A stretch of 64,000 bases of DNA from Lingula anatina. Lineage: Eukaryota > Animalia > Brachiopoda. Position numbers and translations under genes: made by a program. Of the stretch, positions 46,289 to 59,966 are shown in pieces. The notes under the pieces were generated by a model. It saw nothing but the letters and a program-made list of their open reading frames with translations. It searched no databases and had not been told where the DNA came from. The first letter of the stretch is position 1. Each line of letters opens with the position of its first letter. Where the stretch lies: the NCBI GenBank assembly GCA_051362555.1, contig CM120645.1, forward strand, positions 23,836,934 through 23,900,933, written 5' to 3'.

Positions 46289-49200
46289 GCTTACGCAAGC
46301 ACGGAGTATAGTCTACAGAGTCGATTAAAAGACAGAAATAATTTTAAGAAATCAAATAAAAACTTAATGCTGGACTCTTGTAAAATTAAATTAATTCTAA
46401 GAAATTGAGGATTCCTCACTTCAAATGAGAGTTCATTATTTAAGAATAAAACCAATAGCAGTAATATCCCCACAAAAAGCCCCGTAAAATGGCGTCACAA
46501 CCCAATACACAGAATGCTAAAAATTCGACTTAAAGTTATCAAACAAAATTGAATGACAAGTTTACCAAGTGATATAAGAGAAATGCCAGGATTATTTAAA
46601 TAGCTCAATAATCTTAAATAGGGTATGGATATTCGGGAAAATAGGCCAATTTGTGCTTTTCTTCAAATGCTGTGTAGATATTTTATCCAAGTCTTAGTAA
46701 TCAGTCAGTAAATAAATCTTGATATATTACTTAACAGCGATCGAGGATTATTCCTTTCTCAAACCATGCCAATATGTGGTTTCCCTTATGTTTAGATATT
46801 TTATCAACGTCGTTAACTGGGTCTTAGTAATCAGTAAGCAAAAAATCTTTATTTAACAGCAATAAAGGATTGTTCCTTTTTCCAGCTCGTTTAAATATAG
46901 ACTTATACCCGATTCCCTTCATTACTTTTTATTGAGGAATACCTACGGATGCGCATAAATTTTTTTCTATTCATCTTTTTTTTATCAAAACATCATTTCT
47001 ATTCAGGTAATCTGCCGTGGCGTTGTCAATATTTTGTTAGGAACCGGTAATAGTGGAACCACAGAGTAAAGTCTACCGGGGATGGTTGTTGACAATAATA
47101 TTGATTCGTAGCCTGGGGAGGTTCATAATAAACCTTTGGGTATAAATCGGTCTTGTGTGACCTCGGTCTCTTTTGTAAACTAATACGGCCTTCAGAGTCA
47201 ACACGTACAAACCGTGCAGTGACGGTTTGTTTTGAGAGACACGAATTATAAAAAAAACATTTTGAAGAGTTTTTGTCGTGCAACACAAAGCTCTGCTGGT
47301 TTTGAGTGGATTTGAAACGGTTTGTTTCGTTTTCATAGCGATTTTACCCTTCCTGTCTCGCGTGTCACAAATATTATCGTTGTAAACGCAGCCTAGATTA
47401 ATCATTATGAACCCTATATATACCGTGACAGGCTGCCTTTATAAAATATTGACCTCGTCATTTCGACAAAAAAATTCATTCTTATTAAGTCTTGGTGATA
47501 TTCGGGTCAAAGTTACACTGTCATAGTCTAGGTTTGACGAAAGCTTTTTAATATTAAGACGCACGCGAAGCGTTTTTTTTTTTTTTTTTAGGTAATCGGA
47601 TACTCATCCTGCTTGATGTATTGGTCTTGATCTCGTGTGTTGATTGACGGAGGCGCCCTAACCCTTGAGTGCACGTGACTGACGTCTGCAACGTCATTGT
47701 AGCGTTACTTTGAAATACCTGAAAAATGTTGCCGCGTTTTAACTCCTAAGGTTATCTCTGTTTGTGTTGACAAATCCGTTCCACCCACCAACCCGTACAT
47801 CAAATACAACTGACAATTGAAAATTTAAAATAAAATGATATAAAGATTAAGTTGAGTTAACTTGGTTTGGCCTTAAGATGGCAATTAAATGGTCCTTAAT
47901 GACGGTTCAAACTAATACACGTCACCGCGTCATCGTAACTATATACTTAAGAAAACAAATGCCAAATGCAATTTTTTTTTAAAAGTCAAAGACAAACTTG
48001 AAGATCAAAGAAGCAGAAGTACCTCACGTAATCGGGTATTAAATCCAGGCCACACAAAGACCCGCACAGACGGTGACGCACTTATTTTCATAAGCTTCCC
48101 TGTATCTCTTTATTAAATAAAAGCGATATAAAGGGATTGGATAAGCTACGGGCTCTTCATGTCACTTCTATGGTTCAGTTTTATGCCACAAGTGAAATGT
48201 GAGAAACAATTAAGGAACTTTCTTTATTCATTCAATCGTTTGTCTATTGATTTATCTTTTTGTCGGTTTAATCTGTTTATCATTAATTCTATGTATTGCT
48301 TTTTTTCGTTTACATAATTAATTATATTAAATCTATAAGCCAAATCGGTTTATTTAAACATTAATTTCAACTGACGAAAATACAACTTGCTCCCATTTCT
48401 GTGACCATAAGGTTTATACATATACATTTTCGGGACGTGCGTACTTAAGTGTGTGAGCGAAGTTTTGCATCATACGTATATTTCTGCACTTTCCTTTCTT
48501 TCTTTTCACTCTATTTATGTATTCCTATTGTAACGTGTAATCGAAACAAAAACCAACCTACTATACTATTATATTATATTATATTATATTATACAATTAT
48601 ACCATTATACTTTAATTAACTATTATTAGAACTATATTGCTACAGTTTCATCCAATCCTCTCTCAGCTCCAGTGGTTTGGTGTTAAAATCACCTGAAGGC
48701 TGAATCTAATTGTAAAATTTTGAAATAAAGATTATATGTGAATCATCTTTATTTATAATTATGATTAAGGTAAGTAGCACTGAGGCAAATGTATGTATGT
48801 ATGTATGTATGTATGTATTATTATTCCAGCGACATGTTCCATCCCTCTCGGCATCTCCAATGGGTTTATCATCACCACAGGACCGTACGTGAATGGTACT
48901 ACGGTGATGTATGGCTGTATGACCGGGTTTAGGATGTCTGGTACACCGTCACAGCTCTGTAACTCCTCCCTGGAGTGGGAGGGGCTACCCCCTAACTGTA
49001 CCCAGCCATCTGAACCGACGGAAACCGTCACCAACAGTACGTTTCTGGCCAACTGTCTTCGACTTTGGCTTCGATGCATTTAATATGGACGTTGAGTCGA
49101 TTTTTATTCACTTATTTTTAAAAGATGAAATCTCCCTAATTTCTGGTTATGAACATTTAAATGCGGTTTAGGCCTATCAAAATGAAATTTCGAGTGGCAT

Positions 49201-50556
49201 TACTTACATTAATGCAATAGAAGCGCAGTTTGCAATGGGTTTCTAAATTAGAAATTAGAAAATAGTTTATCTTACTTGATTGTTTTAATCTTTTCTTCTA
49301 ATCTTGTCGTTTCAGTTGTCCCGTATTGGGTATTTCTAGTCGCAGCTTGCCTCATACTGCTTTGTCTTATATTTATCGTCATTGTGTCGTGTCTGTATTG
49401 TGTATTTAAACGGTAAGTCGAATTTAAAATAGTGCTCTGAATTCTAAAACATAGGTACATATGCTATGATAAAGCAAGAGAAGGGATGAAGTAAAATTTG
49501 AAGCCTTATTAATTACAAATTAAAGTAGGAAGAGTGAAGAATTTTTCATCAACTACTTCCCTTTCATCGCATTCTTTGGTTCCAATATAAGTTTAGGCTT
49601 TATTTGAATTTTCGATTTCTATGCCATATGTTTTTTGATAAACGAATATGATAAAAGCAAGGCATTAACCAATGATCATTTCAGTCTTTTTACTGTTTTA
49701 AAGAGTAAAATGCATCTTTTAATTTAAGCCCTTTAAATCCGCTTTTTTAAATTACTTATTTTATCATTTCAGGCGGTCGCATGGAGAAAACCAAGTCAGG
49801 TCGTCCCCACTACCGACCATTGTGACGCCACGCGAGGAAAAGGTCCATTTTGCCGGGGATCTATATTCAAATGATGGGGTAAGGACGTACATCTTTTACA
49901 CAGTACCACAGGGGAGTGGCCAATCTCCATATCTCAATGTCAAATATCATTAATGTTGTATAAAAAGTCATTCTTTTAATTTGATTGTTCACGTTTTCAT
50001 TCACAAGTGGTCCTTTTAGAAATTATGAAAACAAATTATCGAATTAAATTTCTGCTTGAATGGAAGAAATATTTGTCATATTTATTTATTGCAGGTGCTA
50101 TACGTTAAGAGTTATCATTCGTCCGGGCCTGAAAGTACGCAATACATGAAGGGAAATACGACGCTTGCCACTGAAGACGGAGGCTGGATTACAGTGGTGA
50201 CAGACGATTTTCTTCCCAAGAATGGACGCCTACCTTGCACGTGCAGCGCGCACTGGCAAAAACACTATCATTTCCGGCGTTTTACAGAGACGAAGGATAT
50301 CTCCACAATGACCGACGTTAAGAAAAACAATACAACGCTTGAGTCGGATGCTACCAGTCCTAGAACGTCGACGGATTCTGGTGAAAATAAGTTTAGGAAA
50401 ATAGCTGAGATGGTGGGCACCAAAGCCACCATAGCCGAGGCGTTAGGAAGAAACACACAACTGGCGGTGAAATACAAACAACCGGCTAAAAAGTTAGAAA
50501 ATAAATGGCTGCCGCATTCACATAACGTGAGATATGAAAACCAAAGTACGAAATGA
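46112..50556 (+). CDS. Single sushi/CCP-domain type I membrane protein (paralog 1)
   Basis: Exons 46112-46196 (signal peptide), 48830-49036 (CSIP...YGCMTGF...LC...WEGLPPNC), 49316-49412 (TM, YWVFLVAACLILLCLIFIVIVSCLYCVF), 49773-49878, 50095-50556 (TGA); phases 1,1,2,0 are consistent. Confidence 0.85.
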
Positions 50557-51671
50557 CCGCTGCTCAATTTTTTTAAAAATATATTTAATATCAAAAAGAA
50601 ACAATGAAAATGCACATGTCTACGGAAGAAGGGCATGACATAACTTCATGCTACTTTAGTGACATTAGCCTATATTCTATGCATGCTGCCACAATTGTGG
50701 TGTTTCTTATTTGCCTTTATTTGCCTGTCTCGTCTTTTTGCTAGAACGCCTTATGTTCTTGTAGAAATGCATGCATGGTAATCGACACTAATTGGCTCCA
50801 AATGCCATTGTTTCATTGTGTTCACTTTCATATGAATTCCTTCATTTACTATGGGTATTGTAAGAAATTTCACATTGCTGGTAATAGAAGGTGAACAATT
50901 TTATAATTATTTCCAAATTTTGATTATGCTCAGACACGCGTGTTAATCTTAAGCCGATTCTGTCTAGCCTGTTTGTTGCAATGTTGGTGCTTTTTTGCCT
51001 TATTGTGAATAAATGGATTATATTTTCCTACACAATTTACGGTTTAATTTCTTTTTATTGAACTACATACATAGCCCTTATAAAATCCCTACCTCACTGT
51101 ACAGGGCCTCAGCCAAGACCAATGTAAAACCACCTGTTTAATAATCCAGTAGCCATTATGTCTTTAAAATTTTACGTTATCCCCCTGTGGCCTTGTAACT
51201 TCATCCTTAGGCTGAAAAGAGTTACATTAAAGCGTTGTATTCAGTAACGCTGTATGTAAAATTACAACACAAATAACTTTATTCAACTGGTATCAGTTTT
51301 CGGCGAGGCTTTATTGAACATGTCAAAATTCAAAAGTTTCTTAAAATCACTGCAACTTTAACAGTGCATTGATGTAATGAAGCGCTGATTGCTGGCGTAC
51401 GATGTTGCGTGATAGATTATTCAGTGATCAAAGGTTAAACCTGTAACTGTAAGTTGATTTCGATTTGATAATACAGAATTTAAAGAAACATGCAAGCTCC
51501 ATTGTCTTCGTCGACTTTTTCAATGTATTGCAAGCGTTGCTAAAGCTGAACAACACAAATCGTTTTGACAAAAAGCTACGACGTTCCTTCTTCTGGGGTA
51601 ATGTGCCGGGTTTATGGGCTGATAAAAATGGCAAAAGTTCAACCATGTCGATGTAAAAACCTTCAACTGGG

Positions 51672-51914
51672 TTCCCATACCTAGATCGATCTAACAGGAT
51701 CGGTCCATCTCCAAGGGGTTTCTCGCTAAATTGCTTTCAACTTAAGCGGCTTAGATGTCTGGCACGCCTACTAAAGGTGCTAAACGATTGTTAATTTCCC
51801 CCTAACAGCTTCTATAGGCGTGTCAGACATGTAAGCCTCTTAATTTGATTGCAATTTAGCGAGAATCCCCTTGGAGATAGATCGATCCACAGTTAGTTCG
51901 ATAGGGGCTGGGAA
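51672..51914. mobile_element. Foldback (palindromic) MITE
   Basis: Arms of about 100 bp are reverse-complementary, e.g. ATCTCCAAGGGG..TCTCGCTAAATTGC versus GCAATTTAGCGAGAATCCCCTTGGAGAT. Confidence 0.8.
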
Positions 51915-53738
51915 TGGTCCCAGAACTCTAATAACGCCCGTATTAAAACCCACGTTAAAATGCCATCGAATTTGAAATGCATTGTACTTAATGCCTCAAT
52001 ATTTAAACGCTGAGATAGGATTTACTTTTCAAACGGCTGTGGTGTTGTAATGCTATCCCTCTGCAAATACGTCTATTGCACAACTATTATTGGTAGATTT
52101 ACAGAAGTTATTTGATCACCTTTACAAAGCTTTGACGACGAAGATTAAAAGCCGTTTACTCATTTAAAGCGTCATCAATGTCAATTTGTTCAAATTATCA
52201 CGAAATATTTATCCAAAAATAAGGACCACTTTATCCTACAATTTGCAATAACATTGTGATGGCCTTTGAACAAAGGTTAGATTGGTGTGTGCCTGCTTTT
52301 TGACAAATGGTAGATCTGAGAAGAGTTTTGAGAGGGATTACGAAGGAAAAAGATAGGAATAAGAGGTCTTATGACGGCTGTGACACCGGAATCCGCAATA
52401 TTGAAATCTAACATGAACTACGCCCTTTAGTACACACATTATTGCAAATAAAATCCGTATTTAATATTATCCTTGTGTTAAATATTTCATTAAAGTTCTT
52501 AAGTTGCCAAAAGCAAGTCAATTCAGTTTCAAAACTCCCTTGCATGTTGACAGAGGACAGAGGCAATACATTATGCCCGTCACGTAACCCCAAGATTGTC
52601 TTAATCTTACGGGTTACGACCGTTAAATTAAAGAAACGCACCGAGTCTATGAAAGTGTCCATTATACCGGCTGGTATATTTCTTCTAAATTTTAAACGCT
52701 AAAAGGACAAACAGCGTACTGCTGTGACATTTGACCCATCGAGCCTTGACCCTACCACGGCCATGTCCCGGGTTTAAGTCCATAAACATTTTTCATACGT
52801 TGGTTTCAAATTTCCAACCCCATTGTTTCCCAAATAAAACAGATTAGTTTAACAAATAAAGCGTTGCGATTTTTTATGCGCGGTAAATACACTGAACTGT
52901 TGCCGAAACCAAATTGAGCGCATGATAGAGCCTAGGGTATCAGGTGTGTGTACCCGTTTCTATAAACATTTCTATTCACGTGGAGTGTGTTGTCATTTGT
53001 TTGCCTGTGACCTCTGACCCCTGAAGAGGCTGAGTAAATCAAACACACTGCATGCTGTAGTTGACTGGTACCTTACCTGTCTATTCCCGCTGGCCGACGA
53101 GAAACAAGATGGTGGTCTTCTGAATACATGTATTAACCGGGTAGATACATTGAATATTTTGAGACTTGGTATGTCTAAAGGTATTTCTAATTTCTACGTT
53201 TTATCCCATAAAAGAAAAAGGTTGAATCCAATTGATTTATTCTGTCTATTCCTTTCTTTCTCACTCGCTCTCCGTTTTTTTTTCAATGAAATCTGTAATC
53301 CGACAGGCGATATTTTAGTCTAAGCAGTATAGGGGTCTGCTTGAAATATCCGATCAGTCAAAGACCCAATAACACGCCCGTGAAGTGAAATTTTTCATAG
53401 GAAGATAGTAATGAAAGTCAGGAACTTTGTGGCAAGTGGTCTCTCTCTGTTAGATAATGTAATAGATGTATTTTCAAGCTTCCAAATGCAGCTTGTAAAA
53501 ATGCGAATCTTTGATAGGTTTTAGAATGTGAATTCACTTCCTTTCAGGTATTTTTTTTTTATTTTTGATTAACATGACAAACATAGACACTGCTAATCTT
53601 GAATTTGAAATCGGTAGCCACGGATTTTGACAAGAGCTGTTTCTTAAGCCGGATACTACATATCCTTCATGTAGTGATTTATGATTGAGATTTTCTCTCA
53701 TTTCATTTTTGTGATATTTTCCTTTTACAGCTACAAAA

Positions 53739-55565
53739 ATGACTACATGGCTATGTGCCTGTGTCCTTTGCGCTTGCGCACTTGGGTGGCACGTCACAGG
53801 TAAGTTTTAACTGGTGTCGCAAGATCAGACGCTGGTAGAAAACTATTTATGCTAAAACAATCTGTACTTAACGTACACGGACAGGGGATTCTTTAATCCG
53901 ACTCCTACAATATTTTGGTCCTCTCCCTCCTTTTTTATACCTCCGCCTTTTCAATGAATGTTTACTCTCACGATCTTTTTCCAATTTTAACAACATTGAG
54001 TTAATACGTGTACATCTAAAGTTTTTAACACTGCAATACATGCTTACGTTTTTTCTCATAGCAAATATTATATTGTATTATTATATTGTATATTATATTA
54101 TATTATATAAACAGCTCGAAAAATCCAACATTTTGTTTTATTATTTCTGTATTTTAGACGCCGCCTGCCCCGACCCCGAAAATGTCACCAACGCCATCAT
54201 TGTGACAACCGGTCCTTATAACGGCGGCGACATTGTGACGTATTACTGTACGTCAGACGCCATCATGAGTGGAAAGCCCTCTATGCTTTGTGTGAGTAAC
54301 ACTAACCAATGGCGGGGCTCGCCTCCCACGTGTGAGACGACAACCACCGCCGTCCCCACCACCACCACTGTGAAGAACTACTATGAACTCGTCAGTGGTA
54401 CGTGTGTTCTCCTGACTATGAGCTCATTCCCAATAAAAATGTCCTTCTACGTGGATCGATCCAACTCCGCGGGACTTCTGGCTGAATGCAAACAGTTGTA
54501 CAAATTTTAAAACACGCTTCCTCTTGTTTCCAACGTGCTGTCGTGTTAGCCTGGTAATCTGATTGCATTCAGCGAGAGTCCCTGCGGAGTTGGATCGATC
54601 TAAGTAGAACGATTGTTCCATTGGGAATGAGCCTATGAACCAGATTTAGCAGCAACAATATCGTTTTAAATACTTTTCTTTTTTTTCTCATTTTCATTTT
54701 AGAACCTTTTCTTACTTAAGTTTTGGATTTAATTATGTTATTATATGATAATATATTTAGAAGCAGCTGTTTTTAAATTTTTCAAACATTTTCCAGGTGT
54801 TTTGGTAGACGAGTGGGTGTTCATCCTTACAGTTGGCATATTCTCAGTGTTACTGATAATTCTCATGGTGATGGCGTTTCTCATTCTATGCTGCTACTGG
54901 AGGTGAGTTAGCAGGGACTTCTGATCTCTTTTGTATAAACTCAGATCCCTTTTTTATCTATTATCCTTATTATTTTTTGTTAACAGATCTTATTTCGCTC
55001 GTGAAAATATATGGTGGGCGAATATTTTTGTGTTGAAATGTAACTCTTTTTAAAAGGGAGTTGAATATCAATGGTGCGAATAATGGAGTGTATTGTAGTT
55101 TAATTCAAAAACTTTTTAACTTGTTTGTTCTGGAGTAAAAACCTAACCTATGGTGTCATAGAGATTGCTTTAGTTCTAGCGTACTGATTTCAGATATATC
55201 TCGTTTTAGGCGCTACAATAACGGGACGACAATCAAAACCATAGAGAGACAGCCCACTGTACAGAGTATAGTTTTGATGGACATAGAAAAGGACGGCTAC
55301 AGCATCACTCCCAACGGCAGCAGGTGCGTGACACAAGCAGTGGTGACTTGAGAGAGAGAGAGTTGCTCTTCTCTGTACATGCTTTTTATAAGGCTTACAT
55401 CAACTTATCTTTATGACTCTATAAGCACAAGAAGTCAGTGTAACGTGCCCAGTGTATAAGTTGCTTGCGAGATGGTTACACAGATATACCCTGATATCGT
55501 TAACGGTTTTTTAAGGTAATTGTGTTTGTTTTACTTTCAGTCGGCGGTCTTTTGAAGCATACTGA
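53739..55565 (+). CDS. Single sushi/CCP-domain type I membrane protein (paralog 2)
   Basis: Exons 53739-53799 (signal peptide MTTWLCACVLCACALGWHVT), 54158-54397 (CPDP...YYC...LC...WRGSPPTC plus Thr-rich stalk), 54797-54902 (TM), 55210-55323, 55541-55565 (TGA); phases are consistent. Confidence 0.85.
54422..54632. mobile_element. Foldback (palindromic) MITE in an intron
   Basis: GCTCATTCCCAAT...GATCGATCCAACTCCGC...GCTGAATGCAA versus TTGCATTCAGC...GCGGAGTTGGATCGATC...ATTGGGAATGAGC. Confidence 0.8.
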
Positions 55566-56689
55566 CATGCAGTGTACGACGTGAGGTGGCGCTGTTATGT
55601 TAGCCAAGACAGGCCCTTCCAAAACTATATGCTGCTCTTGGATTTTATTTCAAATTTTTTATATTTTCCCCACCATAAATCTGTATATGATTTATTAACA
55701 TGTAAACTTTATAACTCAAGATTTGTTTTGTCATCTCAGTAAAATACTAGACCGGATGAAGGTTTTTTTTTATCTCGAAAGAAACTATTTATTTATTCAT
55801 TGGGTCAAGGTTGTTTTGGCATCGTTTGACCTTAAACTATGTCCGTTCAAATTATCATTCTAAAACGATATGATTTATATGTGAAAGTGACAAAGCTAGT
55901 CATCCCATCTTATATCTATGATGAAATCAATGTTCTCTGGACAACGTGACTTAATTTGTTATATGTTTACTGATGTGCTTTCAAAATGAATAAATTATTT
56001 TGCTTAATTGCTTCTACATTGAGTTGGTTAAGGGAGTTAAGTACTACCATTCTTCTTATTTGATTGGATAACCCCATAAAAACATTAAAATATAATTTGA
56101 CTGTAAACTGACCTATCACGGCCTAATAAAAATATTGGCCAAAATAATATGAGTCTCTCCCCCCCCCCCTTACACAAATCAATACGACACAGGCGCTGAG
56201 TGCTAATGGTTGCGTAATGCATCATGCATTGTTTTTTAATGTCTTTATGTTTTGTGTATAACCAAAGATACGGGCATACAGGCATGGTAACAGCGACTTC
56301 ACGTTGTATTTACCTGCCAAAAACTGTTAAAAGTTTGTCAGAAAAGATAATGAAGCTAAATTATACTTGTTGTATAAAGACGCTGCCTCCACCGAGGTAA
56401 AATACGTCCCAGTTAAAATGTTTAATGTCAGCGTCTGGGCAAATGTCTACAGTCTACTGCCCCTCTTTAAGGTGGCCAAATGGCTCATTTCAAAAAAAAT
56501 ATTTTCAGGTGTTCAGGTTTAAATAAATTGTACTAGAGGTACCAAAAATATAGTTTAAAAGAAAATGAAAAAATAGCTTACTTTTGGTGCCGAACTTAAA
56601 GTCGAGTTGGGGGGTGATTAGCAAGGAATAAAATAGCACAACTGAATGAGCAGATCAAGAAATATAAAATCGTACGCTGTTAAGGTTCA

Positions 56690-58200
56690 GTTTTTTCACT
56701 TTTCAGCATATATGCAACACTGTAAACACATTTCAAGGAAAACCGATAGGCCTGTTGTCATGAAACTCACAATCTTACTAAAACGCAGGTCAGGTTCGAA
56801 AATCGGCATGATCGGGCCACTATTTTAGTAGTTATGCTTTTTATTTTCACTTTTCAGCATATATGCAACACTGTAGACACAATAAAAGAAAAACAGATAA
56901 GCCAATTGTCATTAAACTCACAGGAGTGGTCAATCCTGCTAAAACGCAGGTTGAGTTAAAAAATCAGCATAATCGGGCCATTATTTTAGAAGTTATGCTG
57001 TTTTTTCACATTTCCTCAGATTCAATTCTTAGGCATGTTAACAGTTTTATTATTTAATTAATAAGATACGTAAAAGTGTTTGTTTGACATTTCCTGCATC
57101 TTTACAACATTGTTAGTTGATTTTGTAAAAACGATGGTAAACTTGTTATCGTGTTTTGTGTAATAAAGTTTCAAAAATTGAACTAAACTCATATCATTGC
57201 AGTTTGTCAGATTCAATCAATCACTATGTTCTGAATCTCAGAATGGAAGAAAATGGACATTTAACACTGCTCTATTGATATTTTTCCCATCTCATCAATC
57301 TTCTTAGTTGATCATATAAAAATGGCAGTAAACTGTTAATTTTGTTTTATGTTGAAAATTGTTAAAAATGGGAAAAACATTTCAGAACAGTGCTGTCTTG
57401 TTTACATTTTGGTATTTTCAAGTTGTGACTTAGAAGTTCCATGGGCCTGAAGACCTTTGCTAGTCACATTTTCTGAATATCCATGATACTAATATTTTAT
57501 TATTAAAAATTGATGGTCATTATGCTGTTAAACATTATGTAATATTGCATCAAAATTTGAAAAAAAAAACTATTTTGGGCACTGCTCCCATGATGACCAT
57601 TTAAGGAAAATCATGTCACTTACTGCTCTCAAACATACAGGAAAGAAACAAGGGACTAAAATACAGCTTCAGTGGGCAATGCAGTCTGTTTGGTAATTCT
57701 TACTGCCAGTTAAACAGTTTTTTTGTGAAAATTTAATTTTTCACATATTGGCATTTTCAAGGTGTGACTTTGAAGTTCCACGGGCTTGAAGACCCATGCT
57801 AGTCACATTTTCTGAAAATCCATGATACGTTTATTTTATTATTAAAAATTGACGGTCATTATGCTGTTAACCATTATGTAATATTGTATCAGAATAGAAG
57901 AAAACACAATTTTGGGTGCTGCTGCCATGATGACCATTATGGGGAAACCATGTTACGTATGATTGCCAAACTTTTGAACAAAAAAGAAATACGGGACTAA
58001 AATGCAGCCTGAGCTGGAAAAGCAGTCTAATTGGCTTCTTTTTCTGGAAGTTATACATTTTCAAAGTGTGAACTTGAACTCCCATGGGCCTGAAGCCTTA
58101 TGCTTGTTACACATTTTACTTACATTGGTATTACCTGTTGAGCATAATTAAAATTTGATGTTGAATTTGCAGTTTAACATAATGTACTTTTGCATCAGAA
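56690..58200 (+). mobile_element. Same repeat family as 34370-36924, copy 3 (5'-truncated)
   Basis: Near-identical tandem units and downstream body; the 3' boundary is approximate. Confidence 0.75.
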
Positions 58201-58483
58201 TTGACATTAGCCTATTTTGTGCATAGTTATTTCCTGTTTTTTGTCTGTACGTTTGACAGCTTTGCTGCCTTGTTTTAGTTGTGTATACGCGTATTTCCAA
58301 ACAAAAGTCAATCTCTATTTAGTGTCTGAGTATTTGAAGTATATTATTTTGCTTTCTATGGATGTCAATTAAATTTTTTATGTTTAAGATTCCCCATAGT
58401 AAAAAAATAAATATCATATATAATACTCTATTCATATGAATTGGATATCAAATATTGTATATTTTGACATTTGATTGATGTAA

Positions 58484-59250
58484 GACCACACTTTTTTTAT
58501 TTTTATGGACGACATCCTCTGGGTACCCCAAAATCGGTGCGAGAGGGCGAAAAAAAAACAGTCCAAAAAAATACTGCTTAAGTAAAGGAATGCTGTCAGT
58601 ACACAGCTGGAAACACAAATTTTACCACAGAAACATGTATCAAACTAACAAAATGTCTTTATCCATAAAAAGAAATATCAAACAAACAGTGTGTCTTTAT
58701 TTGTATTCTCAGAATATTAAAGCATTTTGAACACTTCACAGAAATGTTTAAAAAATGATGCAAAGGTATGCTAATACTACCAAATCTATTAAAGGTCATT
58801 TCGGACGATGCCATTTTGTCTACTTCGACTCACACGAAGCAGCCAAACTGTCAGGTGGCCTGTCCGACCTTCAGCCCACCAAATACCTCGACGCCCTTGT
58901 CGACCCTTTTTTCGCTACAGAAAACCGGGTATTAATGTGCTGCTTTGTACAGAATGTCACAGCAATTTTTCAGGCGATAATCGCTGGATGCCGCCAACCT
59001 TTCGCACAATTGTTAAAAGGTGATATCTCCATGCCCAATATCAATGGCATACCAATCCAAAACGACGGGGCCCGTTCTCTTTATTACTTTTATTGTTGTG
59101 TAATTTGAAAGTAGGCCTAATCCTAGAGATGAATTTGACGGCAAAGCGGCCACATTTCCGCGTGGCGATAATACGCATGCGCAGAAAGCCCATTTCCTGG
59201 CAAATTCAATAACGAAGTTTGCTACAACCGACTTCGTTGGGGGGGGGGGG

Positions 59251-59295
<45 letters not shown>

Positions 59296-59357
59296 AGAAC
59301 GGGCGAAAATCGGTGCGCGCGCAGGATGTCATCCATAAAAATTAAAAAAGTGTGGCC
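58484..59357. mobile_element. PIF/Harbinger-type non-autonomous element (3-bp TAA TSD)
   Basis: TIRs of about 35 bp, GACCACAC-T-tract-TTTTATGGACGACATCCT and AGGATGTCATCCATAAAA...GTGTGGCC, flanked by TAA at 58481-58483 and 59358-59360. Confidence 0.8.
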
Positions 59358-59371
59358 TAATTATAAATCAG

Positions 59372-59929
59372 ATATGCAGAGTATTGGAGAGAGAGGTTCA
59401 AGGAACAGCCTTTGGAAGACTTTTGTAGTGTTATCAACACAAATACAAAGGAGACCGATATTGGTAATGTATTCTTATTTTTCTTACCTCCAAGACTAGA
59501 AAGATATATTTTGACCTTTATCCTGTAAAGCAATTGTTTATTCTGGATTTTTCTTCTGCATTTACAATTCTCAGTGTGACTTATATATAATTGGCTTTCA
59601 AATGATATGCCATGGGTGATAACCTATATGAATATTTATTACTGATTGAATGATATTTTTTATATTAAAAGGTCCCAAGGAATCATACTACCTACTATGC
59701 GATTTGCTGCCAGAAGATAAACAGCTGAGACATAAGATTCAGAGAGAAAAATTGATGAGGATATGTCAACAATTGATCTTTCCCTTTCTTTTTCCCTCTC
59801 CCCCTTCTCTCTCCTTCACCCCCCCCTCTCTTTTTCCCTCTCCCCCTTCTCCCTCCTCTCTCCTTCATGCCCCCCTCTCTCTCTCTCTCTCTCTCTTTTG
59901 CCCTCTCCCCCTCCCCTCCTCTCTCTTTC

Positions 59930-59966
<37 letters not shown>

